Shown one piece after another: positions 39,661 through 48,898 of a stretch of DNA of 64,000 nucleotides. The notes under the pieces were generated by a model. The model was not told where the DNA came from. It saw only the letters and a list, made by a program, of their open reading frames with translations, and made no database searches. The translations under genes were made by a program, and so were the position numbers. The stretch spans positions 126,647 to 190,646 of the forward strand of contig CAYYSI010000001.1 in the NCBI GenBank assembly GCA_964474435.1, read 5' to 3'. The DNA comes from an uncultured Candidatus Saccharibacteria bacterium. Lineage in GTDB: Bacteria > Patescibacteriota > Minisyncoccia > Phycocordibacterales > UBA9973. Within the stretch, counting starts at the first letter, position 1, and every line of letters starts with the position of its first letter.

Positions 39661-40578
39661 TTAGATCCAGCGACGTAGTTTAAAGAAGACGAACATGACG
39701 ACTCCTGTGACAAACATCGCAAAGATAATGAAATAAAAATCTTCAAGTGATTTGATAAAGATAATGTTGTTGACAGTGTTCATCCCAAAGACTCCTGTGA
39801 TAAGCGTCAGTGGCAGCATCACAAACGTCATGATGGTGAAGTTTTTCATGATCTCGTTTGATTTCGTACTGAGGAGGGAGTCGTTGGTGCGCTGGAGTTC
39901 GGCGAGCACATCGCGATGGCTCTCCAGTATTGAGTTCACTTTGCGGTATTCACTCGTGATGAGCTCTGCATAGTATGCGTATTCTTCGCCAAAGAGGCGT
40001 TTGGAAGCAGATTCGTAGCTGTGGAGTACTTCACCATGAAAGCGAATGGACTGTTTGAAATCGAGAAGCTTGCGGGAAGTCGCAGAGATGCGGCGCACCG
40101 TTGAGACTTCGTGACTTTCAAAGATTTTGCGTTCGATGTCTTTGATGGTTTCGGTGAGTTCTTCGAGTTCGATGAGTGACTTGTGATAAAACTCCTTCAT
40201 CATCTGCATGAAAATGTAGCCGCCGTGATGTGCCATTTGCGGATCTTCGTGTAGGCTGTGTGCTTCAAATATTTTTGCAAAGTTGCTGATGCGTTCGATG
40301 GCTTCGTAGCGCACAGTAATAATGAATGACTTGCCAATAACAAAGTCGATCTCTTGTTCGGTGCTTGAGGGCACCTGATTGCCAATGACGGGGAAGTGGA
40401 GGATGAGGTAGAGGAGGTTGGGATAGAGATCTACTTTGGATCGAAGCGTATGGTCAGACATCTCTTGGCCGACGAGGTGCGGAAGCCCAAATTCTTGGAC
40501 AATATGTGCTGTTTCGTCAGCAGTCGGGGACTCGAGGTCGATCCATGTCAGCCCATGGGCGGCAAAGCGAGTAATCAT
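39661..40578 (-). CDS. corA: CorA-family Mg2+ transporter
   Basis: WIDL..PT; GMN motif between two C-terminal TMs. Confidence 0.9.
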   Translation of the reverse strand: MITRFAAHGLTWIDLESPTADETAHIVQEFGLPHLVGQEMSDHTLRSKVDLYPNLLYLILHFPVIGNQVPSSTEQEIDFVIGKSFIITVRYEAIERISNFAKIFEAHSLHEDPQMAHHGGYIFMQMMKEFYHKSLIELEELTETIKDIERKIFESHEVSTVRRISATSRKLLDFKQSIRFHGEVLHSYESASKRLFGEEYAYYAELITSEYRKVNSILESHRDVLAELQRTNDSLLSTKSNEIMKNFTIMTFVMLPLTLITGVFGMNTVNNIIFIKSLEDFYFIIFAMFVTGVVMFVFFKLRRWI

Positions 40579-40668
40579 GGTGTAATTGTACCATACCTCG
40601 CCCTAGGGTCATGTATCTCGGGAAACGGCTTGCGGACAAGCTAGAAATATGTATAATGAGCTCCTATT

Positions 40669-41061
40669 ATGGCAGTCGCAAAAACTACAGCTAAAAAGAC
40701 CGTTGCAAAAAAAGCTCCTGCAAAGGCGGCAAAAAAGCCTGCTTCTGATGAATTTGCAGTTATCCTCACTGGCGGCAAGCAGTACCAAGTAGCTGTTGGC
40801 GACACCATCCAGATCGAAAAGATCGAAGGTCTCAAGAAAGGTGATGCAGTAACCTTTGACAAGGTCCTTCTCGTAGATAATGGCACTGATACAACTATCG
40901 GTACTCCACACATCACTGGCGCAACTGTAACTGGCGAAGTCATGGTTGTCGGCCGCGCTCAAAAGGTAACGGTTATCAAATACAAGCAAAAATCTCGCTA
41001 CTTCAAAAAGAATGGTCACAAGCAGCCATATCTCAAAGTTTCAATAACAAGCATTAAATAG
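40669..41061 (+). CDS. rplU: 50S ribosomal protein L21 with Lys/Ala-rich N-terminal extension
   Basis: AVILTGGKQY.V and GHKQPY. Confidence 0.95.
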   Translation: MAVAKTTAKKTVAKKAPAKAAKKPASDEFAVILTGGKQYQVAVGDTIQIEKIEGLKKGDAVTFDKVLLVDNGTDTTIGTPHITGATVTGEVMVVGRAQKVTVIKYKQKSRYFKKNGHKQPYLKVSITSIK

Positions 41062-41089
41062 AAAAAACTCTCCAAATGGAGAGTTTTTT

Positions 41090-41410
41090 CTATTTTTCAA
41101 GATCCTGAAGAAGTTGATGTATTGTATTTGTTGCCTTTACTACCGGGCCTTCTTTATCTTGCTCATTGTTGTTTGAATAAACAAGTCTTTCGTAGTCGGC
41201 TGCCTCCTCAAGAAGTTGTTGCGCTTTGTTTAGCTTCTCAATAAAAACCTCTCTAATCTCTTCAAGTTTGCCATCATGTCTAGCCAAAATAGCTTGGTAG
41301 GCATCAGCAGAAACTTCTCTTTTTCCACCTTTAGATTCTTCGAGAAGAGCGGTTGATGATTTAATAGCATCTGATTTTTCCCAGGCATCTCCTATAGTTT
41401 CTAAGCTCAT
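41090..41410 (-). CDS. AT-rich helical hypothetical protein
   Basis: 106 aa ORF; TGGTATAAT upstream; shares hairpin 41062-41089 with rplU. Confidence 0.6.
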   Translation of the reverse strand: MSLETIGDAWEKSDAIKSSTALLEESKGGKREVSADAYQAILARHDGKLEEIREVFIEKLNKAQQLLEEAADYERLVYSNNNEQDKEGPVVKATNTIHQLLQDLEK

Positions 41411-41460
41411 AATTCATTTATTTTCATTAATAATAATTTTTCATTATTATACCATGTTTA

Positions 41461-42063
41461 CTACTCTCTCTTTTTAAGCGATGCATTCAAACTCATCGCA
41501 TCAGCGTATTCGAGTTCTGCGCCAGATGATAGTCCGCGGCCGAGGCTTGAGAGTTTGAGTGTTGGGGCGATTGGAGTGATCATTTCGCGGATGGCTTGAT
41601 CAGTGTGTTCGCCATTGGGGGTAAGAGGGAAGGCGAGGATGACTTCGGTCAATACTGAGCCATTTTCTTTTTTGATGCGCTCGAGGAGCTGGTTTGCATG
41701 TGTTGCTGCAATCGTTACTTTTTGAATGATAGGAATGAGTCCGCCAAGGACGAAAAAGAGTCCGCGATAGTCAGTCCGTTCAAATGAATCAATATCCTGG
41801 CTTTTCTCTACAACGACGATCGTTGACTGGTCGCGACGTATATCGCTACACATATCACACGTGCCGGGTGTGCCTTCGTATATGCGCATACACCGTGTGC
41901 AGGTATGGGCTTGTCCGCGAGCCTCAAGGAGTGTTTTGGCAAGGGTCGCCACATAGTGTTCTGGCTGCGTCAATATGAAATACGCGAAGCGATGTGCCTG
42001 CCGTGTCCCAATCCCAGGGAATTTCAAAAAAAGTTGTGCGAGACGTTCAAGTTCTTGTTGCAT
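41461..42063 (-). CDS. recR: Recombination mediator RecR
   Basis: FPGIG..A.R HhH, C4 zinc finger, Toprim VVE..D and ELEYAD; true start MQQE. Confidence 0.95.
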   Translation of the reverse strand: MQQELERLAQLFLKFPGIGTRQAHRFAYFILTQPEHYVATLAKTLLEARGQAHTCTRCMRIYEGTPGTCDMCSDIRRDQSTIVVVEKSQDIDSFERTDYRGLFFVLGGLIPIIQKVTIAATHANQLLERIKKENGSVLTEVILAFPLTPNGEHTDQAIREMITPIAPTLKLSSLGRGLSSGAELEYADAMSLNASLKKRE

Positions 42064-42329
42064 CACGTACAAAATAGGAAACGCTTTAAACGGTTCTTGA
42101 GAAACGCCCAGCCCCTCCCTGATTTAAGATATAATTCTCTCGACCGAGCATCTTCTTCTGTAAGGCATGCTTCATAGTAAATGATTGTATAGGGGCCTCG
42201 ACCTTTTGTATATGTTGATTTTCCCTCATTATGTTCTTTAAAGCGTTTCCGTAAATCACTTGTATATCCTATATATAATTTATTATTTTTCAGACTTCTT
42301 AATACATAGGTGTAATAAAACTTTTCCAT
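42063..42329 (-). CDS. Small stand-alone GIY-YIG nuclease
   Basis: YTYVL...LYIGYT.DL.KR..EHN...YT and A..RE..LK. Confidence 0.92.
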   Translation of the reverse strand: MEKFYYTYVLRSLKNNKLYIGYTSDLRKRFKEHNEGKSTYTKGRGPYTIIYYEACLTEEDARSRELYLKSGRGWAFLKNRLKRFLFCT

Positions 42330-42342
42330 ATTTTGTACGTGA
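42063..42342 (-). mobile_element. 280-bp TIR element carrying a GIY-YIG nuclease, inserted at the recR start codon
   Basis: 14-bp perfect TIR TCACGTACAAAATA (42063-42076 / 42329-42342); direct repeat GCA (42060-42062, 42343-42345); AT-rich relative to flanks. Confidence 0.8.
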
Positions 42343-42355
42343 GCATGATCAACCC

Positions 42356-43732
42356 CTAGAAATCATCAAATGACGTAGTCTTGGCAACAGCTGCATGGGA
42401 CTTGTCCATCGTGAGGAATGACGTCGTCTTACCATCAAACATGAGCTGCACAGAGCCGACTGCACCATTGCGGTGTTTTTCGATCAAGATGTCGGTGATG
42501 TTATCTTTTTCATCTTTGTAGCGGTCGTCACGATGGAGGAACATGACGAGGTCGGCGTCTTGCTCGATGGATCCAGAGTCACGCAGGTCAGAAAGACGAG
42601 GTTTGCCGCCACGAGTTTCAACTGCACGAGAGAGCTGTGAGAGCGCGAGTACTGGCACGTCGAGCTCACGGGCGAGTTGTTTGAGCGAGCGAGAGACTTC
42701 GGTGATCTGATTGACCATGTTGTCATAGTTTTTGGATGTGGTCATGAGCTGGAGGTAGTCGACGACGATGAGACCAAGGCCATGCTCACTTTTGAGTCGT
42801 CGTGCAACTGAACGCATTTTCACTATTGAGTTACCAGCTTGGTCATCGATATAGATCGGTGCCTTTTGGAGGCGAGATGCGGCCTCTTGGAGTGTCGTGA
42901 AGTGCTGGTTGTTGAGTCCATGTCCTGTGCGAATACTCCATGCATCGACTCGTGACTCTGCAGAGAGCATACGCTGAACGAGCTGTTGTGCACTCATTTC
43001 CAATGAGAATATCCCAACGGGAACGCCAGAAAGTGCGACATTGCGGGCGATGTCGAGCGCAAATGTTGTCTTACCCATACTCGGACGAGCTGCGAGGATG
43101 ATAAGGTCAGACTTTTGCAGTCCAGCAAGGAGGTTGTCGAGATCGGGGAATCCTGTTGGTACACCACGGATTTCCTCTTTGTTATCACGCAGGTATTCGA
43201 TCTGCTCGACGGTGTGCATGAGCTCTTGCTTGATCGAGACAAATGCATTTTTGACACTCATACCGGACGAGACTTTGAAAATCGCCTTTTCTGCAGCATC
43301 GACGACGTCCGCCGTTTCCATATCACTTTCTTCATAGGCGATCGTTGCGATAGACTCTGATGCATCGATCAATGAGCGAAGCATGAACTTCTTGTACACA
43401 ATATCTGCGTAGTGACGAATGTTGACCGTGGAGGGGACATTCGACATGAGTTCATTGAGATACACATTGCCACCGATTTCAACGAGTACTTTCTTTTCTT
43501 TGAGTGCGTTTGCAAGTGAAAGGACATCGATGGGTTCGTTTTTGAGCGAGAGCTCCATGATATTTTTGAAAATGATCGCATGCTTTTTCGCATAGAACAT
43601 TTCTGGTACCAAGAGATCAACGACTTCATGGATTGCGGCTGGACGAAGCATGAGCGCACCGAGTACTGCCTGCTCACTTTCGAGGGAGTGCGGCGGAACG
43701 CGGAGATTGGAGAGACCTTGAGGCTTTTGCAT
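42356..43732 (-). CDS. dnaB: Replicative DNA helicase DnaB
   Basis: ARPSMGKT, VDYLQL, SQLSR and DSGSIEQDAD. Confidence 0.98.
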   Translation of the reverse strand: MQKPQGLSNLRVPPHSLESEQAVLGALMLRPAAIHEVVDLLVPEMFYAKKHAIIFKNIMELSLKNEPIDVLSLANALKEKKVLVEIGGNVYLNELMSNVPSTVNIRHYADIVYKKFMLRSLIDASESIATIAYEESDMETADVVDAAEKAIFKVSSGMSVKNAFVSIKQELMHTVEQIEYLRDNKEEIRGVPTGFPDLDNLLAGLQKSDLIILAARPSMGKTTFALDIARNVALSGVPVGIFSLEMSAQQLVQRMLSAESRVDAWSIRTGHGLNNQHFTTLQEAASRLQKAPIYIDDQAGNSIVKMRSVARRLKSEHGLGLIVVDYLQLMTTSKNYDNMVNQITEVSRSLKQLARELDVPVLALSQLSRAVETRGGKPRLSDLRDSGSIEQDADLVMFLHRDDRYKDEKDNITDILIEKHRNGAVGSVQLMFDGKTTSFLTMDKSHAAVAKTTSFDDF

Positions 43733-43793
43733 CCAGTGATTGTACCACCTGGCCCAACTATTAAAAATCCACCATTTTTGGTACTATATGCAC

Positions 43794-44762
43794 ATGATAT
43801 CCCCTAAGAAACGCCTCCTTTCAGGCGTCAAACCTACAGGTCGACCACATATTGGCAACTACTTTGGAGCAATGAAGCAGTTTGTCGATCTCCAAGACCA
43901 ATACGAAACATTCGTATTCATCGCAGATCTGCACGCACTCAACTTCATCCAAAACAAAGAAGAGATGGTACAGCTCTCGCACGACCTTGTACTCGACTAT
44001 CTGGGCATAGGACTTGATCCAAAAAACATCACTTTGTTCAAACAGTCCGCAGTGCCTGCACATACCCAGCTCACGTGGATATTTGACACACTCATCACGG
44101 TGCCATTTATGATGCGCGCGCATGCGTACAAAGACGCAGTTGCCAAAGACATCGAACCGAGCATGGGACTTTTTACATACCCAGTACTTATGGCGGCAGA
44201 TATATTGATGTATGACGCCGATGTCGTGCCTGTGGGCAAAGACCAGAAGCAGCATATTGAGTACGCGCGAGACATTGCAGGGAAATTTAACAATCAATAT
44301 GCAGAGTTATTTAAGCTCCCAAAAGATCTGATCCTGCCTGATGTAGAAACAGTGCCCGGTACTGACGGTCAGAAAATGTCCAAGAGTTATGGCAACACGA
44401 TCCCACTTTTTGCAACTGATGCAGAGATTGAAAAAGCAGTCATGAGTATTGCAACTGATTCACGCGGCAAGGATGAAGAAAAGAATCCCGACGACATAGT
44501 GCTCTATCAGATCCACAAACTTTTTAATGATTCTACAGAACTCAAATCTCAATACCGACAAGGCCTCGGCTACGGCGATGCAAAGAAAATGCTCATAGCT
44601 GACATCATCACCTTTGTTACTCCAATGCGCGAACGCCGCAAGATCTATGAAAATGATCCAAAACTTGTTCAAGAAATCCTCCTAAATGGCGCGATGAAAG
44701 CAAATGATATTGCGATGAAGAAATTGACGAATGTGTATGAGGCGGTGGGGTTGACGGAATAA
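43794..44762 (+). CDS. trpS: Tryptophan--tRNA ligase
   Basis: HIGN, VPVGKDQ.QH and KMSKS. Confidence 0.97.
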   Translation: MISPKKRLLSGVKPTGRPHIGNYFGAMKQFVDLQDQYETFVFIADLHALNFIQNKEEMVQLSHDLVLDYLGIGLDPKNITLFKQSAVPAHTQLTWIFDTLITVPFMMRAHAYKDAVAKDIEPSMGLFTYPVLMAADILMYDADVVPVGKDQKQHIEYARDIAGKFNNQYAELFKLPKDLILPDVETVPGTDGQKMSKSYGNTIPLFATDAEIEKAVMSIATDSRGKDEEKNPDDIVLYQIHKLFNDSTELKSQYRQGLGYGDAKKMLIADIITFVTPMRERRKIYENDPKLVQEILLNGAMKANDIAMKKLTNVYEAVGLTE

Positions 44763-44764
44763 GT

Positions 44765-45415
44765 ATGAAAAAATATATACCTAAAATACATTTTATATAT
44801 ACATGGGCATTCGATAATTTTCAACGAGCTAATTTTGAAAAAAACGGTATAGAGTATCCTTCTGTGGATAAAGTATCAGATGGCGTAGTGCATATACGAA
44901 AATTATGGGATGAAGTAAATAAGGATGATAAAGTCATCAAAGGTATTGTTGATATCTTAGGTATCACTCGTGAATATGATTTCGAATTTTTTATATATGG
45001 AAAAGGAAGGCTTGGTGCAATTTCTACGCCACTTATGCTCGGTTTATACCCCAAAGAAGGTGAGTGTTATCCTGATGCAGAGTTATTGGAAGTGATTGTA
45101 CATGAACTTCTTCATCGATTTATACAATCTCCGCGCTGGGAAAAACACCCTCAGAAAGAGTATTGGGATTATATTAAAAAAGAAGCGTATCCTGATTTAC
45201 TTTTAGCAACACAAAACCATATATTACTGTATGCGGTATTAGAAAAACTTCGCCCTTTGATTTTTACACCCGAACAAATCGATCAAATAAATATCTCTTT
45301 GGCGCAACCTCTAAAGCCGGGGTATATAGAAGCCATTAATATGGTCAAAGAAAAAGGTGCTGATTTTTTCATCAAAGAATTTACTGATCGAATCATTCGA
45401 TATGAAGATGACTAA
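44765..45415 (+). CDS. Hypothetical protein with HExxH motif
   Basis: VIVHELLH; AT-rich. Confidence 0.65.
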   Translation: MKKYIPKIHFIYTWAFDNFQRANFEKNGIEYPSVDKVSDGVVHIRKLWDEVNKDDKVIKGIVDILGITREYDFEFFIYGKGRLGAISTPLMLGLYPKEGECYPDAELLEVIVHELLHRFIQSPRWEKHPQKEYWDYIKKEAYPDLLLATQNHILLYAVLEKLRPLIFTPEQIDQINISLAQPLKPGYIEAINMVKEKGADFFIKEFTDRIIRYEDD

Positions 45416-46016
45416 CAACCCACTAGACGGCTGGGATGGATACTATGATGCGGTTGGGGGCGACCATTCGTCAGCTCTTGAGCGAGCTGTTAGAGATTAT
45501 TGTAAAGAAAGAGGCTATGCCTTAGATATTGGCGCAGGGAATTTACGGGATACAAAATTTTTATTGAAAGAAGGGTTTATTGTGACCGCTATAGATCCGT
45601 CTCCGGGATCAGTATTGGCTGCAGAAAAGATGCGTGATCCGAATTTCACTATGTTTCAAGGTTTTGCTGGAGCATATCAATATCCTGAAAACCATTTTTC
45701 AATTATTAACGCACAACAGATATTATTTCACTTTCCAAAAGATCGATTTGATTTCAATCTTGAAAAAATTAGTTATTCTTTAAAGCAAGGCGGTATCTTG
45801 TGTGCGAATTTCCTTGGGGAAAAAGATACATGGAATCATGAAGGAACAAAGATGACTATAACTCCGGCACAAGATTTGCCAGATATTCTAAAAGGTTTTG
45901 AAATTGTCTATATAAAGGAACATGAACGAGATCAGACAGAGGAATTTGCTAAAAAGAAGTGAGATGTGACTGCAAGACACGAGCATCAAATAGTAGTTAT
46001 AGCGATAAAGAAATGA
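45408..46016 (+). pseudogene. Class I SAM methyltransferase with in-frame TGA at 45960-45962
   Basis: ALDIGAG motif I; frame continues DVTARHEHQIVVIAIKK to a TGA overlapping the next ATG. Confidence 0.65.
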
Positions 46017-46903
46017 AACTAGAAAGGCTCGACACTCATACTAAAATTCTGGGAGCGATAGAAAAATCTGTCATACCATTTACGCTATTTGGTTCTCCTC
46101 ATGTTCTCAATACTTTTTTCAATAATACTGGATTTGAGTTATGGAGCGCAGAGTTTGAAAATGAAACATATATATTTGTTCGGAAGGTGGATAGAAAATT
46201 TGTTCAAAACGAACTTCGATTGCTGTTTAAGAAATTCCCAGATGAATTAGTCGATCAGCTCAAGAAAGAATTTGATCCACCATATATTGCATACAATGAA
46301 CTACTTGAAGACCAGCATGACGAAAGACAAATAGAAGACATTGAAGTGGTGGTTGATGTCAAAAAATATGTAGATCTCGCATATGCCCCAATGCGCAAGC
46401 ATTATAAACAAGCAGTTAAACATAATTCTTCATTAGAAATAAAAGAGTTTAAAAATATCCCCATAGAGCACCTGCAAGAGTTTTGGAAATCGTGGCTTGC
46501 ACAGCGAGCAGAGCGCCCGTATGCGGCAGATCGAACACATAATGATGCAAAATTCTTCAACATATATTCTGATCAAGAATATTTTGGCGTAGTAGCCTAT
46601 GAAGGAGATAGAATTGTCGCGTATTCTATAGGAATAGGTTTTGATGAAGGGAAGTGCATTAGCGTTTTTAATAAATGCTTACAAGGATATACCAATCTTG
46701 GATTACAGATTTCATACGAAAAAGCACTATTGGCAGAAAAGAAAGGGTATAACAAAATTGCACTTGGGGGTATTAATAATGACTTCAAAAAACAGTTTCT
46801 TCATATAGCTGACACAATGCTTTTATACGGTATCGAGCTATTTCGAAAGCCAGATTTCACTACAAAGAGCCCGAATGGATATACATATGCCTTATTCTTT
46901 TAG
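46013..46903 (+). CDS. DUF2156/aminoacyl-transferase-like GNAT-fold protein
   Basis: GVVAYEGDRIVAYSIG...FNKC..GY.NLG...GY..I.LGG; ATGA overlap. Confidence 0.55.
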   Translation: MKLERLDTHTKILGAIEKSVIPFTLFGSPHVLNTFFNNTGFELWSAEFENETYIFVRKVDRKFVQNELRLLFKKFPDELVDQLKKEFDPPYIAYNELLEDQHDERQIEDIEVVVDVKKYVDLAYAPMRKHYKQAVKHNSSLEIKEFKNIPIEHLQEFWKSWLAQRAERPYAADRTHNDAKFFNIYSDQEYFGVVAYEGDRIVAYSIGIGFDEGKCISVFNKCLQGYTNLGLQISYEKALLAEKKGYNKIALGGINNDFKKQFLHIADTMLLYGIELFRKPDFTTKSPNGYTYALFF

Positions 46904-46951
46904 TTGACTTTTATATAAAATTGCGTATAATGATAAAAAATCATTTATAGT

Positions 46952-47446
46952 ATGTCAGCACTTAAACAACTTAGAAACATAGTATTTTCTGGCGGAACAG
47001 TACTCCATGGGACCAAGGCTTGTTTCAATGAAATTAAGCCGAGAATGACTGATGGAGAAGTAGCTGTTTGTGCAACAGTAATACCTGAAATCGCCCTTTA
47101 TTCAGCGCTTATCAGTAGAACCCCTGGGTACAAGCTCGGTGGAGGCGCATGGAACTTTATCAGAAAAGACGGAAATTTATCTCTAGTCTTTCGCATTACA
47201 CAAAAACGGTTAGATTTTCTTTTGTCAGATCCAGTATTACAAGGGTATGTGTACCCATTAGATACGTACGATTTTGAAAAAAGGAATTCAGCCGAATCCA
47301 GATTGTATAAATCAAGATTCCTAAGAAAGAAAATATTGGTGACGGATGATGACCTTCCGTTTCAACCAATACCTGGAAAGCTTGAGTACTGGATTCAACT
47401 ACCGTACAAAATGAAGCACCATTTTGTTATTGAGCAACTTTTATGA
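46952..47446 (+). CDS. Hypothetical protein, possible ADP-ribosyltransferase fold
   Basis: LHGT, VCAT and GYVY.L....FE....E.R; TTGACT..TATAAT promoter. Confidence 0.5.
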   Translation: MSALKQLRNIVFSGGTVLHGTKACFNEIKPRMTDGEVAVCATVIPEIALYSALISRTPGYKLGGGAWNFIRKDGNLSLVFRITQKRLDFLLSDPVLQGYVYPLDTYDFEKRNSAESRLYKSRFLRKKILVTDDDLPFQPIPGKLEYWIQLPYKMKHHFVIEQLL

Positions 47447-47542
47447 ATTGTAAGACCCAGAAATATTTCTGGGTCTTTTATATTGACATTATTTAAATAA
47501 AATGTATTATGTTAAAAACTAACTTTTTAAAAAAAATAACTG

Positions 47543-48097
47543 ATGATGCAAACATGGAATCATTATTATCAAATGCGACCCCCAGAGCCCTCTATGGAAT
47601 TGATCAAAGCATTACCCAATGTTGTTACCGGTAGAAAGGCTCTTGATATCGGCTGCGGATCATTAATTGAAGGTTGTTTTCTTTTAGAAAAAGGATTTAC
47701 GATCACAGCCATTGATCCTGACCCTTTTGCAGAGCTATATGCTAAAGAAAATAAACATGATCAGCTTACCTTTTTACCTATTCCAGCAGAGGAGTACAAT
47801 TACCCATCGGAACATTTTGATCTAGTGTATGCCATGCGTTGTTTATCGTATGTTCCCAGAAAATATCTGATGGGAATAATAAGATCGGTATACAACAGTT
47901 TGGTCAAAAAGGGAGTATTCGTCTTTGAACTACTCGAAGGGGATGATAGGTGTAAAAAAATATATGAAGGCAGAGGAAGCGTGTATTCTCCATCAGAAAT
48001 TCAAGATCTCATTCTTCCTTTTGAAGTAAAGAAACTTGAGAGTTTACGCACAAATGACCTAGGTGCTCGCATTATTGATATTGTGACTATTAAGTGA
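47543..48097 (+). CDS. Class I SAM methyltransferase (TehB-like)
   Basis: ALDIGCG, TAIDP and FDLV; similar to the 45408 gene. Confidence 0.85.
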   Translation: MMQTWNHYYQMRPPEPSMELIKALPNVVTGRKALDIGCGSLIEGCFLLEKGFTITAIDPDPFAELYAKENKHDQLTFLPIPAEEYNYPSEHFDLVYAMRCLSYVPRKYLMGIIRSVYNSLVKKGVFVFELLEGDDRCKKIYEGRGSVYSPSEIQDLILPFEVKKLESLRTNDLGARIIDIVTIK

Positions 48098-48180
48098 ATT
48101 GAAGCCCGGCAGCCCCGGGCTTTTTGTTTGCGTGGGTTTGAGAATGGAGATATCATATAGGTAAATTAAAATCTACTGCG

Positions 48181-48315
48181 ATGAAAGCACACGTTCAACG
48201 AGTAATATCTCTATGGGATTTACTCATATTTGCAAGTCGTGAAGTGCAACCTATCGAAAGAAAGAATGTAAGGAGAGAAGATAGGAGGCGAAAACGCAGA
48301 CCACTCAAACTGTAA
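48181..48315 (+). CDS. Unannotated 44-aa Arg-rich small protein
   Basis: MKAHVQRVISLWDLLIFASREVQPIERKNVRREDRRRKRRPLKL, bounded by hairpins. Confidence 0.45.
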   Translation: MKAHVQRVISLWDLLIFASREVQPIERKNVRREDRRRKRRPLKL

Positions 48316-48417
48316 TAATCCTAAAAACCAGCCCGCGAGACGGGCTGTTGACTTTTATTGTGCCAGGCGTAAAGTTGTGGGAAAGGTAGTCATTTAAAAA
48401 ACTTAAACTCAATACTC

Positions 48418-48819
48418 ATGCAGCAGAAACCGATTGCTTCGCAAAATGAACCACTCCTTGATGGTTGCGGTTCTCCAACAGTTTTTGATGGTAAACCACA
48501 CGCCGCATACACCACAGTAAATGTGCCAGTAAGTACCACGCAAACAATGCCGTATTCCTTTCAACAATCACAGGACGGTTCTGCTTGTGGAGTAAATACA
48601 GAACCTGCTCAGGGAAACAGTACCATTACCTCTAATGTTGAGGGAACAAAAACCACAACTGTGAACACTACAAATGGAGAGTCTGGGAAGTTAAGAAGAG
48701 AATATCCTTTAGTTATTATTCCATTACTTCTTTTTTCGTCCATAGTTTTTTGCGGTATTATGTTCTACACTGTGCGTCATTGGTTTATAACGGGACGTTT
48801 CTTTACATTACCCGACTAG
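48418..48819 (+). CDS. Thr-rich protein with C-terminal TM
   Basis: 133 aa ORF; TTGACT upstream; hairpin downstream. Confidence 0.6.
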   Translation: MQQKPIASQNEPLLDGCGSPTVFDGKPHAAYTTVNVPVSTTQTMPYSFQQSQDGSACGVNTEPAQGNSTITSNVEGTKTTTVNTTNGESGKLRREYPLVIIPLLLFSSIVFCGIMFYTVRHWFITGRFFTLPD

Positions 48820-48898
48820 ATAAGTGGTACTAAAAAGCTTTTTGAATATTTCAAGAGGCTTTTTTTATTGCCCATTTTATGGCACAATGCGAGGACTT

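Noticed and set aside
45960-45962. Genome-wide TGA recoding (code 25)
   Set aside because: TGA terminates other genes cleanly (scpA, the SET gene, the response regulator), and the core genes have no internal TGA.
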